Shown: positions 10,167 to 19,924 of the stretch, piece after piece
Layout of the letters: each line of letters opens with the position of its first letter
How positions within the stretch are numbered: position 1 is the first letter of the stretch
Sequence record: DRR723986_4038
DNA: 43,059 nt
Strand: one strand, 5' to 3'
Notes under the pieces: generated by a model
What the model was told of the DNA's origin: nothing
The model's database searches: none
What the model saw: the letters and a program-made list of their open reading frames with translations, nothing else
Position numbers and translations under genes: made by a program

Positions 10167-11189
10167 TTGACCGCTAAAGACGTTATAATTTTGGGAATTG
10201 AATCATCATGTGATGATACATCAGCTGCTATATTAAAAAACGGAGAAATTCTATCAAATATTGTGGCAGGACAAAAAGTTCATGAAGACTATGGAGGCGT
10301 AGTTCCAGAGCTTGCTTCACGCGCTCATCAACAGAATATCATTCCTGTAGTTGACGCCGCCATAAAGAAGGCGGGTATTTCAAAAGATCAAATTGATGGA
10401 ATTGCTTTTACAAGGGGCCCTGGACTTTTGGGATCTTTATTAGTAGGAGTAAGTTTTGCCAAGAGTTTTTCATTGGCTACTCATACACCAATGATTGAGG
10501 TTAATCATATGCAAGGTCATGTGCTCGCTCATTTCATAGATGGACAATACGATACTAAGCCTACATTTCCGTTTATTTGTCTAACTGTTTCAGGTGGGCA
10601 TACTCAAATTGTATTGGTTGAAGATTATTTTAAAATGACCGTCTTGGGTCAAACCATTGATGACGCTGCAGGAGAAGCTTTTGATAAAGCCGCGAAATTA
10701 TTGAGTTTGCCATACCCGGGCGGACCGCTTGTAGATAAACATGCTAAAGATGGGGATCCAAAAAAATTCGAATTCCCTGTTCCGAATGTGCCCGATTACA
10801 ATTATAGTTTTAGCGGATTGAAAACCTCCCTACTCTATTTTCTAAAAAAGAATATTGAGACTGATCCGAATTTCATTCAGGATAATCTTGAAGATATTTG
10901 TGCTTCTTATCAGCACACTATTATAAAAAGCCTGTTTAAAAAACTCACTAAAGCTTGTAGAAAACATGACATTACCCAAGTTGCGATTGCAGGTGGGGTA
11001 TCAGCAAATTCGCTATTAAGATCTGAATTGGTTCGAATCGGTAAAAACGAAGGTTGGACGACTTTTATTCCTGAATTTCAATACTGTACTGACAATGCAG
11101 GAATGATCGCAATTGCTGGTTATTACAAATACCTAAATAAAGATTTTGTTGACCAAAGTATTGTTCCGGACGCTCGATTAAAAATCTAG
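10167..11189 (+). CDS. tsaD: tRNA N6-threonylcarbamoyladenosine transferase TsaD (TTG start)
   Basis: ILGIESSCDDT, GGVVPELASRAH, HMQGH metal motif, VSGGHT, DDAAGEAFDK, SFSGLKT and CTDNAGMI. Confidence 0.97.
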   Translation: MTAKDVIILGIESSCDDTSAAILKNGEILSNIVAGQKVHEDYGGVVPELASRAHQQNIIPVVDAAIKKAGISKDQIDGIAFTRGPGLLGSLLVGVSFAKSFSLATHTPMIEVNHMQGHVLAHFIDGQYDTKPTFPFICLTVSGGHTQIVLVEDYFKMTVLGQTIDDAAGEAFDKAAKLLSLPYPGGPLVDKHAKDGDPKKFEFPVPNVPDYNYSFSGLKTSLLYFLKKNIETDPNFIQDNLEDICASYQHTIIKSLFKKLTKACRKHDITQVAIAGGVSANSLLRSELVRIGKNEGWTTFIPEFQYCTDNAGMIAIAGYYKYLNKDFVDQSIVPDARLKI

Positions 11190-11193
11190 CAAT

Positions 11194-11457
11194 TTACTTT
11201 AGAACGCAAGTATAATCAACAGTAGTAACGGTGTTTCCCATAGTTGATGATTCGTCTGAGTCATCAAGCAAATCACACTGTTCCTGTGCATCAGATTTTG
11301 TAGAATTATTATAAGGGTAAGTCACTTGACTGGTTGAATTAGTGGTCACACCATTTCCGTCATCTGAATGTACAACAATTGTACAATCGCAGTTATAGTC
11401 TTTCTTGCACGAATAGCAACAAAGAATTACTACGCAAGCCAATATTATTGATTTCAT
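11194..11457 (-). CDS. Small Cys-rich lipoprotein, hypothetical
   Basis: 87 aa. Hydrophobic signal with lipobox CYS-C followed by KKDY, four further Cys, starts 4 bp after the lhgO stop. Confidence 0.75.
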   Translation of the reverse strand: MKSIILACVVILCCYSCKKDYNCDCTIVVHSDDGNGVTTNSTSQVTYPYNNSTKSDAQEQCDLLDDSDESSTMGNTVTTVDYTCVLK

Positions 11458-11461
11458 TATT

Positions 11462-12685
11462 TTATTTTAAGTTAAATTTTTCTTCTGCCATAATCGCCAC
11501 GTGCTCTCCAATTGCCAAAGATGCTGTAGCCGCTGGAGACGGCGCGTTTAGAACATGAATTGAATCTTCAGTAGACACAATTCTAAAGTCATCACGTGTA
11601 TCTCCATCAGCTCCCAATAACAAGGCACGAACTCCTGACCTTCCCGGTTTAATATCATCCATGGTTAAAGATGGAATCATGGTTTGCAAAGTTTTAAGGA
11701 ATAATTTTTTTGAAAAAGCTCTCCGATACTCATTGATACCAAATTTCATATTCCCAAAAAACAAGCGCCATGTCCCACCGTAAGACAGGGCGTTGGCAGT
11801 ATCTTTTAAACTGAAATCTGTTTTTCCATATCCTTCTCGTTTAAAGGTGAAAACGGCATTCGGACCACATTCAGTCTCGCCATTGGTCATGCGTGTAAAG
11901 TGTACTCCTAAAAAAGGGAAATCTGGATTCGGAACAGGATAAATTAAATTCTTTACCTTGTGCTTTGCTTGCTCGGTTAACTCATAGTAATCACCTCTAA
12001 AACCAACAACTTTCTCCTTCATTTTAATGCCATCTTTCTTGGCCATTCTATCGGCTTGAAGACCTGCGCAGAAAATCATTTTCTTTACTTTAATCACTTG
12101 CTTTTCGGTGACCACATGATGACCTCCCTCTACATCTTCAATAGCAATTACGGCTTCACCAGTTATGACTTTGGAGGCAGGTTGTTTACCAACAGCCACC
12201 TCTGCCATCTTTTTAGTCGCTCCAACAAAATCAATGATTCCGGTACATGGCACCCAAATCCCTCCTATTGACTCAACATGAGGTTCGATTTCTTTTATCC
12301 TATTGGCATCAACTTTCTCAATTCCCTCAGTGTTATTGGCAAGACCATTTTCAAAAATCTTATCCATAAATGGCAATTCAGATTCTTTAGTCGCCACAAC
12401 CACCTTTCCACAAACATCATGATCAACGCCATACTCTTTTGAGAAGGCTACTAGTTCGTGTCTTCCTTTTACACAATTCTTCGCTTTTAAAGAACCCGGC
12501 TTGTAGTATAAGCCAGAATGGATCACACCTGAATTATGTCCTGTTTGATGAGCAGCCAGTTCCTTTTCTTTTTCAATCAAGACGATTTTTAAATCAGGAT
12601 TTCTGAGCTGAAGTTTATATAAAGTTGCTGCGCCAACAATTCCGCCTCCGATAATTGCTACGTCAAAAGTTTTTGAATTTTCCAA
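11462..12685 (-). CDS. lhgO: L-2-hydroxyglutarate oxidase/dehydrogenase (FAD-dependent; TTG start)
   Basis: IIGGGIVG FAD motif, HQTGHNSGVIHSGLYYKPGSLKA, IYPVPNPDFPFLGVHFT and HVLNAPSPAATASL. Confidence 0.93.
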   Translation of the reverse strand: MENSKTFDVAIIGGGIVGAATLYKLQLRNPDLKIVLIEKEKELAAHQTGHNSGVIHSGLYYKPGSLKAKNCVKGRHELVAFSKEYGVDHDVCGKVVVATKESELPFMDKIFENGLANNTEGIEKVDANRIKEIEPHVESIGGIWVPCTGIIDFVGATKKMAEVAVGKQPASKVITGEAVIAIEDVEGGHHVVTEKQVIKVKKMIFCAGLQADRMAKKDGIKMKEKVVGFRGDYYELTEQAKHKVKNLIYPVPNPDFPFLGVHFTRMTNGETECGPNAVFTFKREGYGKTDFSLKDTANALSYGGTWRLFFGNMKFGINEYRRAFSKKLFLKTLQTMIPSLTMDDIKPGRSGVRALLLGADGDTRDDFRIVSTEDSIHVLNAPSPAATASLAIGEHVAIMAEEKFNLK

Positions 12686-12691
12686 TTTGCT

Positions 12692-12711
12692 TACATTTGA
12701 CTACAAAATTA
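12692..12711. promoter_or_regulatory. Overlapping divergent -7 elements for lhgO and the acyltransferase
   Basis: TACATTTG on + (12692-12699) and TAATTTTG on - (12711-12704) within a 40-bp intergenic gap. Confidence 0.65.
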
Positions 12712-12725
12712 ATCAAAGCTAAAGT

Positions 12726-13850
12726 TTGGAACCTCAATCAGAGAAAAAATTCACTCCCGTTTATTTTAAAAATCTGGATGCCCTTAGGTTTTTAGCGGCC
12801 TTTTCTGTGATAATTTTTCATTTTTCGGCGGACATCAAAGCTTTGTATCCCAATTTTTTAGAAAAACCATTGACCTCAAACTTATTATCTATTGCCGAAA
12901 AAGGCAGCCTAGGCGTTAATTTTTTCTTTGTACTATCTGGATTTTTAATTACTTATTTAATTTTTCAAGAAAAACAGTTCACTGGAAAATTCTCATTGCA
13001 GAAGTTTTTAATTAGAAGAACATTAAGGATTTGGCCCCTATATTTCATTATTATTCTAATTGGATTTGTCATATTCCCTATGGTATTGAGTGGATATAAT
13101 ACTACTCATAACCCATGGATGTATATTGGCTTTTTGGCAAACTTTGATGAAATCAATAACGGTGCTAATGATTCTATCAATTTTTTGACCAGTCCTTGGT
13201 CTGTGGCAGTTGAAGAACAGTTTTATTTATTCTGGGGAATATTATTGACACTACTCTTCGCGCTTAAAAAATTCTCTTTCCCTATCGTATTAATAACTCT
13301 TTATGTCCTCTCCTTTGTTTTCAGGGGAATTTATTGGGATGAAGAACGAGTAATTTACTATCACACTTTTGCAGTTTGTCAAGATATTCTGACCGGTTCT
13401 TTTATTGGTTGGTCACTATTTCAGGGCAAAAATTGGCTGTCTAAAATTCAATCTATTCCCAAAATCGGGATATTTGGTATATACCTTTTAGGATTTGGAA
13501 TATGTATTTTCAAAAACAAGCTATTCCCTGGTCAACTCATCATTTTTGAACGATTTGTTCTTTCACTCTTTTTTGGTTTTATCATTCTTGATCAAATACG
13601 TGGAAATCACTCAATTTTAAAAATGGGTAGATTCAAGTTATTCAATTATTTAGGCAAAATCTCCTACGGAATTTACATGTATCACTTGGTTGTTATGTAC
13701 CTATTAGTAATCTGGATGAATTCGTGGGGAACTGTGGGTTACTGGATGGCAGCTGTGTATTTGCTACTAATACTGCTTTTCGTGATCAGTGTCGCCTCTG
13801 TAAGTTATTACTTAATTGAAAAACCTCTTTTGAAAATGAAGCCCAAATAG
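12726..13850 (+). CDS. Acyltransferase family 3 (OafA-like membrane O-acyltransferase; TTG start)
   Basis: LDALRFLAA, GVNFFFVLSGFLIT, RRTLRIWPLY, WSVAVEEQFY, GKISYGIYMYH and SYYLIEKP. Multiple TM helices. Confidence 0.92.
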   Translation: MEPQSEKKFTPVYFKNLDALRFLAAFSVIIFHFSADIKALYPNFLEKPLTSNLLSIAEKGSLGVNFFFVLSGFLITYLIFQEKQFTGKFSLQKFLIRRTLRIWPLYFIIILIGFVIFPMVLSGYNTTHNPWMYIGFLANFDEINNGANDSINFLTSPWSVAVEEQFYLFWGILLTLLFALKKFSFPIVLITLYVLSFVFRGIYWDEERVIYYHTFAVCQDILTGSFIGWSLFQGKNWLSKIQSIPKIGIFGIYLLGFGICIFKNKLFPGQLIIFERFVLSLFFGFIILDQIRGNHSILKMGRFKLFNYLGKISYGIYMYHLVVMYLLVIWMNSWGTVGYWMAAVYLLLILLFVISVASVSYYLIEKPLLKMKPK

Positions 13851-13851
13851 A

Positions 13852-16308
13852 TTAAAACTCTTTGACTTGAATTTTTAAATTATCTATAAAGAATTCAGCC
13901 TTATCGGCCTGGTGAAAATAAACGTTCAAAAACTGAGGGTCAGAAATGGTTTCAATCCAAACTGCTGTCTCAATTGAAACCCAATCTTCATTGTTCGTCT
14001 CCCTTATAATACAATAGGGCTGTTCTATTTGAATAGATTTTTGAAACAGCATTTGTTCAGTTGAATCGCTCGACACTACGTAAATAGTTGGGTATTTGTC
14101 TTTAATTGAAATCATAAACTTCAATCTTAGCCTAATCCGGCTATTAGAGGTAATCTCTAAATTTTCAATCAATTTAAAATAGTGTTCCTTTTTATTAGAC
14201 AGCGACCTTGGAGAGGATGCATATTTTAGGTCTGTGATATAGTTTTTAAATTTATAATTTTCGTCTAAAGCGTAGGCCCCATCAAAATTATCGTTCACTT
14301 GAAGAAAACTCTTATGACTTATAAATTGATCGTAATACTTTTTATGAATGAACTTATTTTTTTGACAAACATAATTTGAGAGTACGCGGTAATCCTTTAA
14401 TCTTGTAATCATTGAATCCAAGAGCATTTCATTTTTTATTGGCTTAAGCTTCATTTGTTCAGTAATGCGGAACAATTCATCTTCATACAGTAAATATTCT
14501 TTAAAAAGATAATTTTCCATAGCCTTGCCTGAATACATAAAGACGTGCTCTCCTGTTGATTCAAAATTAACTTGAGTTTTAAGGTTATTACTTTGAGATA
14601 TGCTAAAAGTCGGAAGATCCAAGTTGAAATTATCTCTTAATAATGCTTGCAATGCAGAGGGCACATCTTTTTGACAAACCACATTTTTAAAACGCCCGGT
14701 TTTTCTTAGTAATGGTGAATATATTATTAAAGGTACCTGATACTTTTCAAGTCTAGAGTCGTTTGTCAACATCCGTAGCGAATGATCTCCCACAATCACA
14801 AATATTGTTTGTTCAAAATCGTCACGTTTACGATAATTTTCGAAGCATTGTTGGATGGCATAATCCATATACATTAAGGCTCCAAAAGCATCTTTCTTTT
14901 TATAGTATGATTTGTAGCCCTTCGGTTTCATCTTGTTAATACGTTTCTCGGCCAAGTCTTCGAAATAAGCCAAGTTTTGATGCGTATAAGGCTTGTGGAA
15001 ACTTGTTGTGAGATATAAATTGAAAAATGGAGCCTGAACAGAATCTGACAACATCTTTTGCATGGATTCATTGAATACCGTTAGGTCTTCAGCTCCCCAA
15101 TTGAAGTTCTTTTCTTTTCCGTCTTTATCTACTATCGCACTAAGATTTTCATTTCTAGAAAATGATTTCACCCCATAAATGTTGTCAAATTTCTGAAACA
15201 TCAAGTAATCTACCATATTATCAAAAGTGCTGTCGGCACCGCAATAGAATGATGTTTCATAACCGTTTCTATCCTTTAGTAAAAGAGGAAGTGATAGATG
15301 ATTCGGCATTGAGGATTTAAGGTTTAAAAAACCAACTCTACCTTCTGGTACACCTCCCATAAGATTCGGAATCGCACCAAAAGTTCGCTCAGCGTTTGAA
15401 AGTGCGTTCTCCCAATATAATCCTTGATCAGCCAATGAATCCAAAAAGGGAGTAAAACTTCCAAGTTTAGAACCTTTTCCTGAATAGATTCTCCCTAAAG
15501 ATTCTCCTATAATAAAAACTACATTTGGCTTTTGATCGACTTGATTAAAATACTCCCCTAAATGATTTTCAGAGTTTTTAGTAGAAAAGAAAGGATACTT
15601 ATAATAATCAGAGGCATCTATATCAGGATGATAAGCATAATATCTCTCCAAAACCTTCCTCAAATCTGCCCCCAACAACTCATCCAGGTTTTGATAATAA
15701 TCAAAGTAGCTTTGTACAAAATAAATGCCCTTATTGCGCTGTAAATTCCCGGCTTGCTCAGAATAATAAGTAGGTTCTTCAGCAATTAGTTTTATAGAGG
15801 CAGAAACAAACACGGCCAATAGAATTATGAGTCTCAATATTTTATATCTCCCCATAAATGTTCCAACTTTCCACACACTGATAAACAATGCGTAAACTGG
15901 AAATAAAAAAATGAGTTGCCAAGAAGAAAACCCATAAATCTCAAGGATGAGCGTGACTTGAGCGCTTGACATGGTAGCAATAGAACTATAATCCAAGGGT
16001 AATAAGGCCTCTTCGAAATAAATGACTAATCCTAACTGAAAAATTAAAAAGCTAAGACTTACTAAAAGAAAAAAGACAAGGCCTATCCAAGATTTTAATA
16101 GGGATAATAACCAGGAAGCTAAAGCCAACAACAAAATCCATGGTGAAAGGTCTATCAAATCCCGAATAACCCCGATTAATTCATTATAAAAAACGTTAGA
16201 AAAACCTGTTCCAAGACTCAGGTAAAACCATTCAAACATTCTCAGGATAAACATTAAAAAAAATAGTCCTAACAACCAAACCAGAACCTTTCTGAGCTGT
16301 TGTTTCAT
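13852..16308 (-). CDS. LTA synthase (LtaS)/sulfatase-fold membrane phosphotransferase with an extra C-terminal domain
   Basis: About 5 N-terminal TM helices, KPNVVFIIGESLG, Thr nucleophile in AERTFGA, TTSFHKPY and VGDH. Start placed at ATG 16308 (A-rich context); 16338 and 16368 are alternatives. Confidence 0.82.
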   Translation of the reverse strand: MKQQLRKVLVWLLGLFFLMFILRMFEWFYLSLGTGFSNVFYNELIGVIRDLIDLSPWILLLALASWLLSLLKSWIGLVFFLLVSLSFLIFQLGLVIYFEEALLPLDYSSIATMSSAQVTLILEIYGFSSWQLIFLFPVYALFISVWKVGTFMGRYKILRLIILLAVFVSASIKLIAEEPTYYSEQAGNLQRNKGIYFVQSYFDYYQNLDELLGADLRKVLERYYAYHPDIDASDYYKYPFFSTKNSENHLGEYFNQVDQKPNVVFIIGESLGRIYSGKGSKLGSFTPFLDSLADQGLYWENALSNAERTFGAIPNLMGGVPEGRVGFLNLKSSMPNHLSLPLLLKDRNGYETSFYCGADSTFDNMVDYLMFQKFDNIYGVKSFSRNENLSAIVDKDGKEKNFNWGAEDLTVFNESMQKMLSDSVQAPFFNLYLTTSFHKPYTHQNLAYFEDLAEKRINKMKPKGYKSYYKKKDAFGALMYMDYAIQQCFENYRKRDDFEQTIFVIVGDHSLRMLTNDSRLEKYQVPLIIYSPLLRKTGRFKNVVCQKDVPSALQALLRDNFNLDLPTFSISQSNNLKTQVNFESTGEHVFMYSGKAMENYLFKEYLLYEDELFRITEQMKLKPIKNEMLLDSMITRLKDYRVLSNYVCQKNKFIHKKYYDQFISHKSFLQVNDNFDGAYALDENYKFKNYITDLKYASSPRSLSNKKEHYFKLIENLEITSNSRIRLRLKFMISIKDKYPTIYVVSSDSTEQMLFQKSIQIEQPYCIIRETNNEDWVSIETAVWIETISDPQFLNVYFHQADKAEFFIDNLKIQVKEF

Positions 16309-16385
16309 TTTATTTTTAAATGTTTCTTCGTTGATCATGTTAATAAAGTGCGTAATGCCTCTGAACAAATTTTATCAAAAACCTA

Positions 16386-16409
16386 TAGCTTTGAAAAGCA
16401 GCAAAGATA
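16386..16409. promoter_or_regulatory. Divergent -7 elements for the NlpC/P60 and LtaS-like genes
   Basis: TAGCTTTG on + (16386-16393) and TATCTTTG on - (16409-16402); both are exact TAnnTTTG. Confidence 0.65.
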
Positions 16410-16421
16410 AATTGAAATTCA

Positions 16422-17183
16422 ATGAATATTACACGTTTTGGTATTTGCCAAGTATCAATTGCTCCAATTCGGGCTGAAGCCAGTGATGAATCAGAAATAG
16501 TAACGCAATTATTATTCGGAGATTATGTTGAAGTTAAAGAACAAGGGCAACCTTGGATAAAAATCTATTTCCCAAAAGATAATTATGAGGGCTATATGGA
16601 TTTCAAGCAGTTATTTTATATTTCCTCAGAAGAGTATGAAAATGATTCAAATAAAAAACACCAAGTGGTGAACAATGGCGTTTTGAGTATCAACGGCCCA
16701 TTAGGAATACAGCAGATAATTGCGGGATCTTCATTGCCAAATTTAAACGGAAATCAGTTTGGTTTTGCTCAGCAGAATTTTCAACTGAACGAGCCTTTAG
16801 TAGCATTGAAAGATTCTTTTATTGAAACCGCTTTACGTTATTTAAACACGCCGTATTTGTGGGGAGGAAAAGGAATTTTTGGGATTGATTGTAGCGGATT
16901 GATTCAGGTAGTGGCCAAAATTCACGGCATTGATTTACCAAGAGACGCATCACAGCAAGTGCATATTGGTACATCCATAGATTTTAAAGACGTACAAATT
17001 GGTGACATCATGTATTTTATTAACGCTAAAGGAACAGTTCATCATGTCGGCATTGTAATTAAAACAAATGAAATCATCCATGCTTCAGGACATGTTCGTA
17101 TTGATCAATTTGATGAAAAGGGAATATTTAGAGCCGACTTAAAAAAGTATACCCATATGTTCCATTCGATAAAACGACTATGA
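16422..17183 (+). CDS. SH3b + NlpC/P60 (C40) peptidase, YkfC/dipeptidyl-peptidase VI-like
   Basis: N-terminal SEIVTQLLFGD SH3-like segment, PYLWGG, GIDCSG catalytic Cys, LPRDASQQ, HVGI and IIHAS. Confidence 0.9.
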   Translation: MNITRFGICQVSIAPIRAEASDESEIVTQLLFGDYVEVKEQGQPWIKIYFPKDNYEGYMDFKQLFYISSEEYENDSNKKHQVVNNGVLSINGPLGIQQIIAGSSLPNLNGNQFGFAQQNFQLNEPLVALKDSFIETALRYLNTPYLWGGKGIFGIDCSGLIQVVAKIHGIDLPRDASQQVHIGTSIDFKDVQIGDIMYFINAKGTVHHVGIVIKTNEIIHASGHVRIDQFDEKGIFRADLKKYTHMFHSIKRL

Positions 17184-17590
17184 AACAAATCCATTTCAAA
17201 TTAAAGCCATATTCGCGTGGATTTCATATCATCACAGATGAAATTCTAATGTCTTTGGGCCAGCTTCCGCAAAACGGCCTCTTGCATTTATTCATTCAAC
17301 ATACATCTGCAGGTATCTGTATAAATGAAAATGCCGATCCAAGTGTACTGCACGATTTAAATAATTGGTTCAATCAAAACATCAAAGAAAACGAGCCTTA
17401 CTATAAACATACCTATGAGGGGCCAGATGACATGCCAGCACATATTAAATCTATTGTAACAGGATGTGAATTAAGTATTCCAATAGTTGATTCACGCTTG
17501 GCATTGGGTACTTGGCAAGGTATTTACTTAGGAGAATTCAGAAATCACGCCAATTCAAGAAGCCTTGTCGCAAGCCTGATTAGAGGTTAA
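17180..17590 (+). CDS. yjbQ: YjbQ/UPF0047 family (secondary thiamine-phosphate synthase)
   Basis: HTSAGICINENADPSV, EGPDDMPAHIKS and LGTWQGIYLGEFR. 4-bp ATGA overlap with the upstream gene. Confidence 0.93.
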   Translation: MKQIHFKLKPYSRGFHIITDEILMSLGQLPQNGLLHLFIQHTSAGICINENADPSVLHDLNNWFNQNIKENEPYYKHTYEGPDDMPAHIKSIVTGCELSIPIVDSRLALGTWQGIYLGEFRNHANSRSLVASLIRG

Positions 17591-17699
17591 ATTAACTTGT
17601 AAACAGAATCAATTCCGTTAGATTTTTACATTTCATCCTTCAGAATTTTATATTCACAAAAGAAAAAGTTAGATTAGCACTCGAACCTCTGCCTTTACT

Positions 17700-19880
17700 A
17701 TGAATAGATTAGTATTATTACTTTTTACAATTGGCCTATTCTGGTCTTCAAATTCTTTCAATCAAACCTCGGTAGGTAAACTTCTATCTTCTGCCGATAA
17801 AAGCATGAAGAAAGCAGACTTATCTTCTGCTTTAAAGGATTACAAGGCTGTTTTAGGCATTGAACCAAATCATAAAAAAGCCCTGAGCAATGTTGTTGAC
17901 ATCTATCTCAATGGCTATGATTTATATGATTCTGCTGCAGTTTATATTGATCGTCAAATACTAAATTTTGGAAGCGACACTGATTATACTGTGCTTTACA
18001 ATTACGCTGAGTGCTTAAGACTACAAGAAAAGCATGAAGAGTCTATTAAATGGTTTAAATACTATTTAAAACATGGCACAAAAAACCGTGACAATGACCC
18101 AATCACTATTGCCGTGAATGAAAAAGTGGCTTATTCAATGAATGCCATGAATAATATGGAATTAATTTATGAGCCATTTGAAGTAGAAAATATGGACTTC
18201 TTTATCAATTCAATTGATGCAGAGTACACACCAGTTTTTATAGAATCTGAGAACTTACTTCTCTATAATGCACGTTATAAAGATTATGATGATGAATTTA
18301 GAGATGCCGATAATCTTTACTTTGAGAACATTTACTATTTCGACATTGAGGAATCAGTTGCATCCACTTACAATCCAAGTATAGAACAAACCACTCATCA
18401 ATGTGTCATTGGAAAAGTCTTTGACAGTGATACGATTCTTGTATTCTATCAAAACAAAGTCTGGATTTCATCAATTGCTGACGACAGGTTAAATAAACTT
18501 CAACCTTTGCCCGAAGTATTTGGTTCTTATTTTTTTCAACCACATGGTGTTTTTTCAAAAGACCACAACACATTTATTTTTTCAGCAAGGAGTGAGTCCG
18601 GTAATTTGGACATTTATGAAAGTGTTAAAACCAACGGAGAATGGTCAAGCCCAAAACCAATTAGCGTAAGAATTAATTCAACATTTGACGAAGATGCTCC
18701 ATTCTTATCTGCTGATGGAAATACGCTCTATTTTTCTTCAAAAGGCCACAATTCATCTGGGGGCTATGATTTTTATATGTCCACAAAGACAGATGGGGAA
18801 TGGTCAACACCTTTTAATTTAGGTTATCCAATGAACTCTGCTGGTGACGATATTTATTTGACTTGGAATAATGACGAACGCAGTGGATTTTTCTCATCAA
18901 ATAGAAACGGGGGATTTGGAGGCATGGACATCTACACCTTTGGTTTGGTTAAAAAGATGGTCAGAGGAACTGTAAAAGATACTAAAGGAGCTTTGCTTGC
19001 TGATGCTGAAGTGGTTATTGTTGATTTAGAATTAGGAGAAATTGAACGGGTTTTTACTGATGAAAACGGCGATTTTTCATTTTTGGTAGATCCAGAACGT
19101 AAGTTTGAAGTTAAGGCTACAAAAGAAGACTATTTTGATGATAGTAACACCTTAGACACCTATGGAGAAGAAGAAGTATTAGTGAGTAATCTATCGCTTG
19201 AGAAGGATCCAGGAATATCGCTTTATATTAAAGTAGTGGATGCAGAAACGGATCTACCTTTAGATAGTGTAAAAGTCACAATTTTGGATAACATGATCAA
19301 TAAAGCTGATTCCATCATCACTGATGAAACAGGTGAACACATCATTCCATTAATGGATAAGAAATTACAAGACAGAGGAAGTTATAACATAACCTTAAAA
19401 AAACCAGGTTATTTAGTAATGTCTGGAACATATAATGTATTGTTTGATAAAGAAGGGCAGTATGATGTCTTGAAGGATATGCACGTAAAACTTGAAAAAA
19501 TAGAAGTTGGTTTGGATTTATCCAAAGTCATTGACATCAAACCTATTTACTTTGATTACGGTAAAGCAATCATTCGACCTGATGCTGGAATTGAATTGGA
19601 TAAAATTGTTCAAGTAATGAATGATAACCCAGATATGATAATAGAATTAGGTTCACACACAGATTCAAGAGGAAGCGCAAAAGCCAATATTAACCTTTCT
19701 AATAGAAGAGCGGTTGCCTCAGCCAAATATATCAAGGAACGAATTACCAATCCGGATAGAATTTCTGGAAAAGGATATGGTGAATCAAAATTGGTGAATG
19801 AGTGTGCAGATGGAGTTGAATGCTCTGAAGTCAAGCATCAAGAAAATAGACGTACAGAATTTATCATAATAGAGATGTAA
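17700..19880 (+). CDS. PorE-like OmpA family protein (TPR, PD40 beta-propeller, carboxypeptidase-regulatory-like, OmpA_C)
   Basis: N-terminal TPR helices, PD40 repeats (DEDAPFLSADGNTLYFSS, FFSSNRNGGFGGMDIY) and OmpA motifs IYFDYGK, SHTDSRG, NLSNRRA, GYGES and NRRTEF. Confidence 0.88.
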   Translation: MNRLVLLLFTIGLFWSSNSFNQTSVGKLLSSADKSMKKADLSSALKDYKAVLGIEPNHKKALSNVVDIYLNGYDLYDSAAVYIDRQILNFGSDTDYTVLYNYAECLRLQEKHEESIKWFKYYLKHGTKNRDNDPITIAVNEKVAYSMNAMNNMELIYEPFEVENMDFFINSIDAEYTPVFIESENLLLYNARYKDYDDEFRDADNLYFENIYYFDIEESVASTYNPSIEQTTHQCVIGKVFDSDTILVFYQNKVWISSIADDRLNKLQPLPEVFGSYFFQPHGVFSKDHNTFIFSARSESGNLDIYESVKTNGEWSSPKPISVRINSTFDEDAPFLSADGNTLYFSSKGHNSSGGYDFYMSTKTDGEWSTPFNLGYPMNSAGDDIYLTWNNDERSGFFSSNRNGGFGGMDIYTFGLVKKMVRGTVKDTKGALLADAEVVIVDLELGEIERVFTDENGDFSFLVDPERKFEVKATKEDYFDDSNTLDTYGEEEVLVSNLSLEKDPGISLYIKVVDAETDLPLDSVKVTILDNMINKADSIITDETGEHIIPLMDKKLQDRGSYNITLKKPGYLVMSGTYNVLFDKEGQYDVLKDMHVKLEKIEVGLDLSKVIDIKPIYFDYGKAIIRPDAGIELDKIVQVMNDNPDMIIELGSHTDSRGSAKANINLSNRRAVASAKYIKERITNPDRISGKGYGESKLVNECADGVECSEVKHQENRRTEFIIIEM

Positions 19881-19924
19881 AATCGCAACTTCCATTGTAT
19901 TTTTGGAAGATAAAATTACCAACC

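Noticed and set aside
17700..19880. Calling the OmpA protein the true porE ortholog
   Set aside because: The domain order matches, but there is no lipobox Cys and no adjacent porP-like gene, and such paralogs are numerous in this phylum.
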